NCBI RefSeq assembly: GCF_030144855.1
Contig: NC_082712.1
Coordinates: forward strand, 9,672,001-9,736,000
Origin: Hypanus sabinus
Lineage: Eukaryota
Direction: 5' to 3'
DNA: 64,000 nucleotides
The stretch's first letter is position 1. Every line of letters starts with the position of its first letter. Both the position numbers and the translations under genes were made by a program. Positions 13,750-25,217 of the stretch are shown one piece after another. Below the pieces are notes generated by a model, which had not been told where the DNA came from, did not search any database, and saw only the letters and a list, made by a program, of their open reading frames with translations.

Positions 13750-15130
13750 AACCTGACATCATGATAGCTCTGACATCAATTGCTATGAAGTGTTTTGAGT
13801 GATTGGTTATGGCACACATCAACCATAACCTACCGGTCAACCTTGATGCTTTGCAATTCGCCTCCCGGAGCAACAGGCAGATGCATCTCTCTGGCACTAC
13901 ATTCCTCCTTAGAACACCTGGAGAATAAAGATGCATATGTAAGGCTCTTTTTCATTAACTACAGCTCTGCCTTTAATACCATCATTTCCAAATAAACTGA
14001 TTCCTAAGCTCCGGAACCTGGGTCTCAGCACTCAGATCTGCAGCTGGATCTTCAACTTCCTCACAGACAGGCTGTAAAGATAGGGGACAAGCTCTCCTCT
14101 ACAATCACTCTGAGCACCGGTGCCCCACAAGGCTGTGTACTCAGTCCCCTGCTGTACTCACTGTACACCCATGATTGTGTAGCCAAGTTTCCATCAAACT
14201 CAATATATAAGTTTGCTGATGACACCACAATTGTAGGCAGTATCTTGGGTAATGATGAGTCTGAGTACAGAGAGGAAATTAAGAACCTGCTGGCATGGTG
14301 TGAAGACAATAATCTATCCCTCAAAGTCAGCAAGACGAAGGAATTGGTTGTTGACTTCAGAAGGAGTAGTGGACAGCACGACCCCATCTACATCGGTGGT
14401 GCGCAGGTGGAACAGGTCAAAAGCTTTAAGTTCCTCGGGGTGAATATCACAAATGACCTGACTTGGTCTAACCAAGCAGTGTCTACTGCCAAGAAGGCTC
14501 ACCAGTGCCTTTACTTCCCGAGAAGCTGAAGAAATTTGTCCTGTCCCCTAAAACCCTCAATAATTTTTATAGATGCACCGTAGAAAGCATTCTTCTAGGG
14601 TGCATCACAACCTGGTATGGAAGTTGTCCTGTCCAAGACCAGAAGAAGCTGCAGAAGATCGTGAACATAGCCCAGCACATCACACAAACCAATGTTCTAT
14701 CCTTGGACTCACTTTACACCACACGCTGTCGGAGCAGTGCTGTCAGGATAATCAAGGACACGACCCACCCAGCCAACACACTTTTTGTTCCACTTCCCTC
14801 CGGGAGAAGGTTCAGGAGCATGAAGATTCGTACGGCCAGATTTGGGAACAGCTCCTTCCCAACTGTGATTAGACTGCTGAACAGATCCTGACCCGGATCT
14901 GGACCGTACCTTCCAAATATCCGGACCCGACTTGCACTATCTTACTTTCCCTTTTCTATTTTCTAATTCTCATTTATAATTTAAATTTTTATTATATTTA
15001 CTTCAATTTGTACTTCAGGGAGCACAAAGCGCAGAAACAAATTATCACTGTGATGATTGTATGCTCTAGTATCAATTATTTGGTGACAATAAAGTATAGT
15101 ATAAAAGTATATAAAGTATATAAGTATGTA
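13750..15130 (+). mobile_element. Rex1/Babar-like RT fragment through 3' UTR
   Basis: INYSSAFNTII, VSKTKELVVDFR, FKFLGVNIT, FYRCTVESIL, LPSGRR, SFPTVIRLLN. Confidence 0.85.
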
Positions 15131-15606
15131 AATATATATAGTGACACATATGTACTAAAATAATACATTACTTTGAACTTGGAAAATACCACACTTTGCA
15201 CAGTGCCATGGAGTCAGAGTTATACAGGCCTGAAACAGGTCCTTCAGCTCAATTGGTGGATACCCTGTCCAAGCTATCTTATTCTGTCCATGACATTTGA
15301 AACCTTTGCATTTCATATCCCTCTCCAACAGTCTTTTAACAGTTGTATTTGTATCTGTGTCAATCACTTCATCTAGCAGCTCAATACACATAGATACAGT
15401 ACTTTAGATATTTCCCTTTAAGCAAAACAATTGTTCCTGAAGTTCATGTTAAATCTTTCACTTCAAGATGTGTTTAAACATAAGAGAATTCCCACTTAAG
15501 ACAAGGTAAGACACTTTGTTTTGTTCTCTGAGGTCCTCAGTCTTTGGAGCTCTTTTTCCGAGTCAGTGATTATTTAAGGCAGAGGTGGGTAGATACTTCC
15601 ATCACC

Positions 15607-17230
15607 CAGTGGCCACTTTATTAGGTACCCCTGCTTGTCAAATATCTAATCAGCCAATCACATGGCAGCAACTTGACACATAAAAACATGCAGGCATGGC
15701 GAAGGGGTTCAGTTGTTATTCAGACCAAATATCAGAATGGGAGAAAGAAAGGTGACCCGGGTGACGTTGACCATGGGATGATTGCTGGTGCCAGACGGGG
15801 TTGTTTGAGTATCTTAGAAATTGCTGAACACCTGGGATTTTCACACAACAGTCTCTAGAGTTCACAGAGAATGGCACAGAAAGCAAAAAGAAATCCAGTG
15901 ACTAGGCATTCTGTGGGTGAAAGCTGGTTAATGGGAGAGGTCAGAAGAGAATGACCACACTGTTTCACGTTGTCAGGAAGGTGACAGTAAATCAAATAAC
16001 CATGTTATAGACCAGAAGACCATAAGATATAGGACCAGAATCAGGCCATTTGGCCCATCGCATCTACTCTGCCATTTCATCATGACTGATCCAATTTTCC
16101 TCTCAGCCCTAATCTCCTGCCTTCTCTCCATATCTTTTCATGCTTTGACTAATCAAGAATTATACATAAAGATTTTGCCTCCACAGATGCCTGTGGCAAT
16201 GAATTCCACAGATTCACCGACTGACTGAAGAAATTCCCCTTCATATTGGTTCTAAAAGGACACCTCTCCATACTGAGGCCATACCCTCTTGTCTTAGACT
16301 CAACCACCAAAGGAAACACTCCATCCACATCCACTCCATCAAGGCCTTTCACCATTTGATAGGTTTCAAAGACGTCAGCCCTCATTCCTCTAAATTCTAA
16401 TGCATACAGGCCCAAAGCCATCAAGCATTCTTCACATGACAAACCACACAATCCTGGAATCATTTTTGTGAACCTCCTTTAAACGCTCTCCAGCTTCAGC
16501 ACATTTTTTCTAAGTTAAGAGATCCAAAACTGCTCGCAATACTTTAAGTGAGGCCACAGCAGTGCTTTATAAAGTCTCAACATTTCATCCTTGCTTTTAT
16601 ATTCTAGTCCTCTTGAAATGAATGCTAACATTGGATTTGCCATCCTCACCACTGACTCAACCTGCAAATTAACCTTTGGGGAATCCTATAAAGGACTCCC
16701 AAATCTCTTTGCAACTCAGATTTTTTTTTTTTGTCTATTTAGAAAATAAACAACCTTTTCATTTGTTCGACCTAAGTGCATGACCATACAATTCCCAACA
16801 CTGTATTCCATCTGTCATTTCATCACCCATTCTCTAAATCTATCTAAGTCCTTCTGCAGCCTCCCTGTTTTTTCAAAGCTACCTGCTCCTCCACCAATTT
16901 TTGTATTGTCTGCAAACTTTGCAATAAAGCCCATCAATTCTATCATCCAAGTCATTGACATATAACATAAAAGGAATTGGTCTCAACACAGACCCCTGTG
17001 GAACACCACTAGCCAGCAGCAGCCATCCAGAAAAGGCTCCCTTTACTCCCACTCTTTGCCTCCTGCCAATCAGCCACTGCTTTATCCATGCTAGAATCTT
17101 TTCTACAATACCACGGGCTTGTTAAGCAGCCTCATATGTAGCACCCTGTCAAAGGCCTTCTGAAAGTCCAAGTTCACAACATCACTGTGTTACAACAATG
17201 GTGTTCAGAAGAGCATCTCTAAACGCAGAA
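15607..17230 (+). mobile_element. Tc1-like DNA transposon remnant interrupted by CR1 (about 16010..17180)
   Basis: TIR-like cagtggccactttattaggtac; GMIAGARRGCLSILEIAEHLGFS is a Tc1 HTH; the coding remnant resumes near 17185. Confidence 0.7.
16010..17180 (-). mobile_element. CR1 3' fragment
   Basis: MIPGLCGLS...ALGLYALEFRGMRAD; 3' taagaccata tail. Confidence 0.85.
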
Positions 17231-17589
17231 CTGTTATGTTTTGTAACTTCAAACATTAAACTAATTCAAAGGAAAGTGTGAGGAGCACAAAGTACAGGTG
17301 TAACCTCTGTTTACTTTAAGTGAGGTTTCCTACATATCATGTGGTAGCGTGATGACTTATGCAATTAATGTATTTTTATATGTAACCCGTAAGTAATTAT
17401 TTAAACAAACAAAAATGCTTAATCAATACATGTTTATGCAAAATTATTCAAATTACATTGAAATATTAAATACACAACATTCCTCTCTGGTTAGCTATAA
17501 ACACCAATTCAATATACACCACATCTCAACTATATAAACAACGTGCTATGTAATACAACCACTGTACACAGATGTCCACAGTATCATCA

Positions 17590-18070
17590 ATTTCTAACAT
17601 TGTCCCATTGCAGCATTCTGACAGGCTGCATCACTGTCTGGTTTGGAAGGGCTACTGCACAGGACAGAAAGTTGCTGGAAAAGGTTGTAAATTTAGTCGG
17701 CTCCATCTTGGGTACTAGCCTACAAAGTACCCAGGACATCTTCAGGGAGCGGTGTCTCAGAAAGGCAGCGTCCATTATTAAGGACCTCCAGCACCCAGGG
17801 CATGCCCTTCTCTCACTGTTACCATCAGGTAGGAGGTACAGAAGCCTGAAGGCACACACTCAGCGATTCAGGAACAGCTTCTTCCCCTCTGCCATCCGAT
17901 TCCTAAATGGACATTGAATCTTTGGACACTACCTCACTTTCTTTTAATAGACAGTATTTCTGCTTTTGCACATTAAAAAAAATCTATTCAAATACATATT
18001 TGATTTGCTTATTAATTTTTTAAATTATTATTATTTTATTTATTTATTTTTCTCTCTGCTAGATTATGTA
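17590..18070 (+). mobile_element. Rex1/Babar-like 3' fragment
   Basis: SILTGCITVWFG...LPSGRRYRSLK...SFFPSAIRFLN. Confidence 0.8.
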
Positions 18071-18444
18071 TTGTCATTGCCCTTGATTTTAAGGGTATAA
18101 GAATATGATGTACTTTGGGCTTGGGGTTTGGGAGACTCTACTGAGATGAACTCCAAGAGGAATTCTGTTTGAATAAAGACTTTCATATCCACCAGCTTCT
18201 CCAGTAACCAGGTCACAGTCACAACTAGCTAACACCTTCCAAGCAGAGAACAAGTCGAGTGTTGCTGCTCCAACTGTCTGCAGAGCATGTTGATTATGCT
18301 ATTTCACATAGCAAGCTATTTAGTGGAAGTGACGCAGGAACTAAAGCTATTTAACTTCCTCCTGGAGATGAAGCTGAATCTGTGTGAAATGATGACTGGA
18401 GGCCGCCACACAGACTGGTCAAACGACATTGCATACACACGAGA

Positions 18445-19160
18445 GATTCTGTAGGTGCTGGAAATGCAGTAACACACACACAACATGCTGGAGGAACTCA
18501 GCAGGCCAGGCAGCGTCAATGGAGGGGAACAGTCGGCGAACTTGGCTGAGACCCTTCATCAGGACTGTAAAGGAATGGGGCTGAAGCCAGGATTAGGAGG
18601 TGGGGGGAGGAGAAGGAGTACGGGCTGGCAGGTAGTAGGTGAGAGCAGGTGATGGGGAATAAGTACGAATCTGGGAGGTAAAGGGCTGAAGGAGAGAGGA
18701 CAATAGGAGAAGGGGAAGCAGGAAGGGCACCAGAGGAAGGAGATGGGCAGGTGAGGAAAAGTGGAGAATGGATAAAGAGAGAAAGGAAAAGGAAGAAAAT
18801 ATACTGGAGTAGAGAAATAGATGTTAATGCCATCAGATGGAATATAAGGTGTTGTTCCTCCAACCTGACCTCAGACTCTTTTGGGCAGTAGAGGAAACCA
18901 TGGACTGATGTGTCAGGATGGGAATGGGAAATTGAATCGAAATGGTGGGCCACCAGGAGATCCTGTCTTTTGTGGTGGTAAAGTTCATCAAGAGTGGTCC
19001 CCCAGTCTGCTTTGGGTCCATCTGATGCAGAGGAGGCCGGATACAGTGTATGACCCTGAAATACCTGAAGATGAAGTATCCCCTCATCTGAAAGGACTGT
19101 TTGGGGCCCTGATGTTGGTGAGGAAGGAGATGTAGGGGCAAGTGTAGTACTTATCACATT
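18445..19160 (-). mobile_element. Penelope-like element 3' part (GIY-YIG endonuclease remnant + pseudo-LTR)
   Basis: VAHHFDSISHSH...SVHG...RLEEQHLIFHL; pLTR contains cagtc-CTGATGA-agggtctc hammerhead remnant. Confidence 0.8.
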
Positions 19161-21309
19161 TATAAGGCTTGGTTTTGTACACCTTGCTTTGTTTTCCTGG
19201 TTTTGTGCTGGAGGTTTTCTTCATCACTGGAACACCTGGTGAGGTCCATTCACTCCAATCCACCTTTGACAGGACCTCAGTCTGCTCCAGATTCTTCAAT
19301 TCTGCCTCTACTGTTGGACAGATTGCATATGGCACTGACCTGACTTTGTGAAATTTTGGACATGCACTTTCCTCAATCTCAATCTTTGTCTTCATTCCCT
19401 GAAGTGTTCCTATTCCTTTCCTGAACACGTCCTCAGAGTCAGCAGGTATTTGTGACAGATTCTCAGATGTGGCCTTGCTGCCCTCCTTTGCTGACACATC
19501 TAGTGCCTTGATGGTGTGCCAATCCAACTGGATTTTCCTGAGCCATTCACGTCCCAGCAATGGTGGTCCTCCGTTTTTCAGTACATAGAGGTTCAGTTGC
19601 TGTTTTTTACCTTCGTGGGTCACTGTCACTTTAATTTTGCCTTCAGAACGCACTTTCTGTCCTGTGTAAGTCTTTAGCAGTAGTTTAGTTCGTTTCCGAG
19701 GTATGTGAGAAAACAGTCGCTTGTAGTCGCATACACAGATCACTGTTAAAGCTGAGCCTGTGTCCAACTCCATTTTCAGTCTCACGCCTGCCACTTACGC
19801 TTCGATCATCTGTCTCTTTCACGCTGCGAAGTGGCAGAGAAGACAATTCACTTTTGTCTGAGTCATTTTCATCAGAATTGCTTTCTTTCAATTTGTGCAC
19901 ATTGTCGTATTTTCCTTTCTGGGGTTTCTTGTTTCTCTGTATTTTGCCCTTTTCCTGCTGTTTAGCTTTGCAGACTCTGCCAGTGTGACCCAGTCTGCCA
20001 CAGTTTCAGGGTCATGTGACCTGTTCCCACAACGATAACATTTCTTTCCTTCATTTCTGCGCGGTGACATTGTACTCATAGCTCATTGCAGCGATTTTTG
20101 TTGCATCTCTGAAGCATCTCGTGCGGCTGCTTCTAATGATACGGAGATGTTCAGCACCTTCTCGAATGTAAAGTCTTTTTCACACAGGAGCTTCTTGTGT
20201 GTGGTTTCACAGTGCGAGCCGCACACTAACCTGTCCCTCAATGCGTCTGATAGACCCGCTCCAAATTGACAATATTCTGATAATTTGCGCAATTCAGCAC
20301 AATATTCAGAAATGCTAGCAACACACACAAAGTGCTGGTGGAACACAGCAGGCCAGGCAGCATCTATAGGGAGAAGTACAGGCGACCTTTCGGGCCACGA
20401 ACCTTCGTCAGGATTTCTTCCTATAGGTGATGCCTGTTCCACCAGCATTTTGTGTGTGTTGCTTGAATTTCCAGCATCTGCAAATTTCCTCGTGTTTGCG
20501 ATTCAGAAATGCTTTCATTTTTGCTCTGACTCCGATTGCAAAATTTAAATCTTTCGGTAATGACTAGTGGTTTGGGGTTTAAATGCCGTTGGAGAGTGTC
20601 CACTATTTGCTTGAACGTTTTGTCAGCTGGCTTTTCAGGGCTTAATAAGCTCCATAGTAGGCTGTATGTTTTTGCGCCCATAATGCTGAGTGATAAGTGG
20701 GCTTTCTTTCCATCACTAACACCGTTAGCATCACTGTAACTCCACCCTTTCAATGTAAGATGCCCAGTCTTCGATGCCACTATCACGTGCTGTAATGGTT
20801 CCAATTAATGCCATCCTGGATGTATTAATTTATCTTTGTAATGTTAATTTAGCCCCAGTCCCTTGTTTTCTTTTTGACTCATGTGACCTTTTCTTTGCTC
20901 GCGTTGTGAGCGCACTCTGGCTGGATGTGTGTGTTGCTCCTTTTTCTTATCTCCCTTCTGAGGCAGACAGACCCTCAACCCTGCGGTTCAGCGCCGGCTG
21001 CGGCTCCGACTGTGTCCTTCGGTTTCCCGCCTTTCCCGACTCCGGCTGAACTCCCGCTTCCTTCCGTATCAATTCAAACACGCCGTTCCCATATGATGTA
21101 GGTTCATTAACCTCATCGCCAATTTGTTGTGTGTCTGACTGGTTACACAACAAAACTATAAATAAAAACACTAGAGGCTGGAGCTAAGTTAACAGGGCTT
21201 TTTTTACTTATTGAAACTGAATTGAACACATATATACAGATCAATAAGCGCCTAATAGCGCATGCTCAATAATATTTTACTATGACATAAAATAGTTCCA
21301 TATTATACA
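19160..21309 (-). mobile_element. Gypsy LTR retrotransposon, 5' half (LTR, PBS, gag, zinc knuckle, protease, start of RT)
   Basis: LTR TG...CA 21309..21125; PBS TGGCGATGAGG 21121..21111; gag LSPEKPADKTF...LRDRLVCG; CYRCGNRSHDPE; LDTGSA protease; truncated at SEWTSP. Confidence 0.88.
20317..20500. mobile_element. Palindromic Penelope-derived element inserted in Gypsy gag, 13-bp TSD
   Basis: attcagaaatgct at 20304..20316 and 20501..20513; inverted arms; minus strand CTGACGA...GAAA. Confidence 0.85.
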
Positions 21310-22227
21310 GTAGGCTGTGTGGTACAGAACTCGTGAACATTTCCTCACTTTTTAAATATATATTATTTCTACTTTTTGCACTATTTTTAATTTATTCAAT
21401 ATATGTATAATGTAATTTATTTGTTTATTTATTAATTATATTTTTCTTCTATACTATGTATGCTTTCAACTGCTGCTAAGTTAACAAATTTCATGACACA
21501 TGCTGGTGATAACAAACCTGATTCTGATTCTGATTCTGTTTAGCTGGAAAAATAATTTTTTCTGAAGTGACTTCGTCAGGGGCTACCATCAATTGCTTGT
21601 GTGTGCTGAGGACATTCCCAAAGCTGCTGTTAAACCCTACTTGGCTTATTTGAGTTTCTGTGCATTGCATTTGGAGTGAAAAATGCAAAACAGGATTTCC
21701 AGCAACTTGTGTTAAAAGACTGAGATTCTGTTTTTGTTTACACGGACAAAACCGAACACTTATCACATCTCCACACATTTTTCAAGTGCTTAAGTCAACA
21801 GGGACTGATTATTAACCCCGTTAAATGCCATTTTGGTTTGTCTACTATTTGGGTTGCAGAGATTGGTGCAAATACTGACCACATTTTGGGGAATCTGATC
21901 ACTCGGCTGTCGTCCTACCTGCACACCATCAGGTTCAGGAACAGTTATTACCCCTCAGCTATCAAGCTCTTGAACCTAAGGGGATAACTTCACTCAAATT
22001 CACTTGCCCTGTCATTGAAATGTTCCCACTACTCTTCATCTCATGTTCTCGATATTTATTGTTATTATTATTCCATCTTTTTGTATTTACATAGTTTGTC
22101 TTATTTGGCACTTTGTTTGAATGCTCTAGTTGGGCGGTCTTTCATTGTTTCTCTTATGCTTATTATTCTATAGATTTGTTGAGTATGCCCACAAGAAAAA
22201 TGAATCTCAGGGTTGTATATGGTGACG

Positions 22228-22690
22228 TACGAGGGGTGATTGATAAGTTAGTGGCCTAAGGTAGAAGGAGTCAATTTTAGAAAAACTAGCACATTTATTT
22301 TTCAACATTGTCCCCTCCTACATGTACACACTTAGTCCAGTGGTCGTGGAGCATATGGATCCCTTCTTTATAGAAGTGGTCCACAGCAGGGGTGCTTGAT
22401 AAGTTTGTGGCCTAAGGTAGAAGGAGATGAGTTATTAACTTCAAACTTTCTGCATTATCACTCAAAGAGTTGAACTGAACATGCATGTAACAAGAGTGCC
22501 TTGGAGCTCCAGGTGGTCCACAGCAGGAGTGATTGATAAGTTTGTGTCCTAAGGTAGAAGGAGATGAGTTATCCAGCTCTTGTTACATGCACATGCAGTT
22601 CAACTCGTTGAGTGAAAATGCAGAAAGTTTGAAGTTAATAACTCATCTCCTTCTACCTTAGGCCACAAACTTATCAATGACCCCTGAAAA
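22228..22690. mobile_element. Mariner-like MITE with duplicated TIR segments
   Basis: gggtgattgataagtt(a/t)gtggcctaaggtagaagga three times on plus and once inverted at the right end; inserted in a Rex-type 3' UTR. Confidence 0.7.
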
Positions 22691-23021
22691 TGTACTTTGA
22701 TAAAACAATTTACTTTGAACTTCTGAACTTTGAAATATTGGGGGTGGTTAAAAGTTTGTAATACAATGATTGGCAGGAGTGAAGGAAAATATCACACAGA
22801 GGGAATTGTTCTTATTACGGATGGGCTTATATTTATGGCCCACCCTTAGCCGTGGACTGTGTGGCTTGCTGAAGCATTTCACAAGCACATATCAGGAAGG
22901 AGCTATCTTCACTGAATGTGTTAACTCATGCAGAGACAGCTCATTTCCTTCCACAAAAGGCACATAAGGTTCCAATTTCACAGCAATGTGGTGACTGCAT
23001 GACTTGAAGGTATGTGAGGGG

Positions 23022-23027
23022 TTTATT
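23022..23027 (-). terminator. Candidate polyadenylation signal AATAAA of the Siglec-like gene
   Basis: AATAAA on minus strand about 400 nt past the stop codon at 23426. Confidence 0.3.
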
Positions 23028-23425
23028 TCACAATGTCCCAATATTTACTTGTTATCTACTCATTACCATTCTTGAGTGGAATCCAGCTGTGTGGACACAG
23101 GAGGCTGCAGACACTGGAATCTGGAGGACGTCAGTGGGTTGAACAGCATCTGTGGAGGCAGAGGGATGGTCGACGTTTTGGGTTGAGACCTGCATCAGAA
23201 ACTTGCATTACCTTGATGACCTTCTTCACAATGATGCCTGCACTTCAGAAATGCATCACTTCAAAGAAAGTGTTCTGGGACATCCTGATGCTGTGAAAGA
23301 CAATTTTATATCTGCGGAACCCTCACAAATGCCCTGAGTCTCAAGAGTTCCAACTCTACCAAAGGTTCGCAACTCCTTCAACGTTGTCCTAAAGTAGCAG
23401 GGGTGAGGGTCCACTCACAGTGAGT

Positions 23426-23487
23426 TTAATCATTATTCAGGTCCAAAGACTGTTCAGTAGAATGGACAACTGTTGCATAAATTGCAG
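23426..23487 (-). CDS. Siglec-15-like receptor terminal coding exon (x)AIYATVVHSTEQSLDLNND*
   Basis: Acceptor ttgtttctctttcag, phase-1 entry, IYATV tyrosine motif, TAA stop. Confidence 0.75.
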
Positions 23488-23514
23488 CTGAAAGAGAAAC
23501 AATTCTGTTTTAAA

Positions 23515-24070
23515 ACCACAAGACTATAAGACATAGGAGCAGAATCAGGCCATTTGCCCCTCAAGTCTGCTCCGCCATTCCATCATGGCTGATTTTTTAA
23601 CCCTCTCAACCCTATCTTCCTGCCTTCTTGATTGACTTCCTCACTAATCAAGTACTATTAACCTCTGCTTTAAATGACTTGACTGCCACAGCCATCTGGG
23701 GCAATGAATTCCACAGATTCACTACCCTCTGGCTAAAAGAAATTCCTCCTCATCTCTATTCTAAAGTGATGTCTTTGTATTCTGAGGCTGTGCCCTCTGG
23801 TCCTAGACTCTCCCAATATTGGAAGCATCCTCTCCACGTCTGCTCTATCTCAGCCTTTCAGTATTCCATAGGTTTCAATAAGATCCTTCCCTCCAGTGAG
23901 TACAGGCCCAGAGCCATCAAACACTCCTCATGCATTAACCCTTTCATTCCTGGGATCATTCTAGTGAACCTCCGCTGGGCCCTTTTCGATGTCGGCACGT
24001 CCTTTCTTAGAAAAGGGGCCCAAAACTGCTCGCAATACCTCAAGTGTGGTCTGACCAAAGCTCCAGAATT
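23515..24070 (-). mobile_element. CR1 3' fragment
   Basis: RPHLRYCEQFWAP...MIPGMKGL. Confidence 0.85.
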
Positions 24071-25019
24071 ACACTCATTTTAGGATTTTAATGTACTTGT
24101 TGAGAGACGCTGCTGCAGGTCTCCTCGGTTTATGGTAGGATTCCGTTCCTGAGAACTACTCATAACCTGATCAGTTTACAAGTAGAAAGTGTGGCAGCTC
24201 AGCAAAATACTTAAGTAAAGATCTAGCCCAGCCTGGGGCAATGTATAGTTACACAAGGGTGTTGAACATCAGCCATGTGTTGATTGCTGCAAACTGAGTA
24301 GACATATTGCACGATATGGCTGTGGTCCTTTGCTATCTCTTATCTGATGATGTGGTCCTCCGAGTAAATTTGAGCTTCAAGCCCAGACTCCGTGCTTTAG
24401 AAATAGCTTCTTACTTTCCACCAACAGATTACTGAATAGTTCCATTAACACTATCTTGTCATTCATCTTTTGCGCTCTTTGCTTTTGTAACATTGCACTG
24501 TACAACCCGAAAGTCTTACTCTTCACAAACATCCATGAAACAGAACAAACCAAAGAATGAATAACAGAAATATCAGAACCCCAAAGCCCCCCTCCCTCTT
24601 CCATTGCACAAGCAGCAACTGAGGTATCAACCTTCCCTCTGCCCCTCGCCCCACTTGCACCAGCAAAAAAAGTTCAACCATCCCTCCTCCCACCATGCAA
24701 ACAATAGCAAAAGCCCTCAAAAAGACCTTGACCTAGAGTGCATCAAAAACTACAGTCCTATCCCATATTCCCATTGTTTTTGATACCAGCGGCACACAGG
24801 TCCCTGCAAGTTTTTTCCCTTGTCATTGTTTTTTTGACATTTTTCACTAGATTACTCTCATATTTTCCTTCCTTTTACCGATCCCTTTGTTGAATTCCAA
24901 AGTGTGCTTAGCATGGGCGGCTTCTCTGATTGGTATGAAATCCTGCCAAATGGGAACATGAACTCTCAGGGGGTATCTGCTGGTGGTTTACCACTCACTA
25001 CGTGTTTTAATTTCCTTAC

Positions 25020-25091
25020 CTGTCTCTGTGTGCCTGGGTGTTGGAAGTTGGACATTATCGTAAAGACTGTGACATGGAGAGTCGTGGGGAT
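25020..25091 (-). CDS. Cytoplasmic exon DPHDSPCHSLYDNVQLPTPRHTET (canonical ITIM SLYDNV)
   Basis: 72 nt, phase 1-1, acceptor tttgtatattttgcag, donor GTAAGG. Confidence 0.8.
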
Positions 25092-25194
25092 CTGCAAAAT
25101 ATACAAATAGTTAAAATTCATCCTTACCTCCTCCCCACTGCATTCCTTCCTTAAAGCCACCCTCACTCTACCTCTAATGAATGCCTTCAGTTAC

Positions 25195-25217
25195 CTTGGA
25201 GTGTGGAGGGAGGTGAC
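25195..25217 (-). CDS. Candidate 23-nt microexon (G)SPPSTLQ
   Basis: Acceptor ttttattagctcctagcag, donor GTAACT; phase 2 to 1; complements the 73-nt exon at 28203..28275 (sum 96 nt). Confidence 0.35.

Noticed and set aside
17232-17479. TG...CA AT-rich segment as a solo LTR
   Set aside because: No TSD and no second copy in the window
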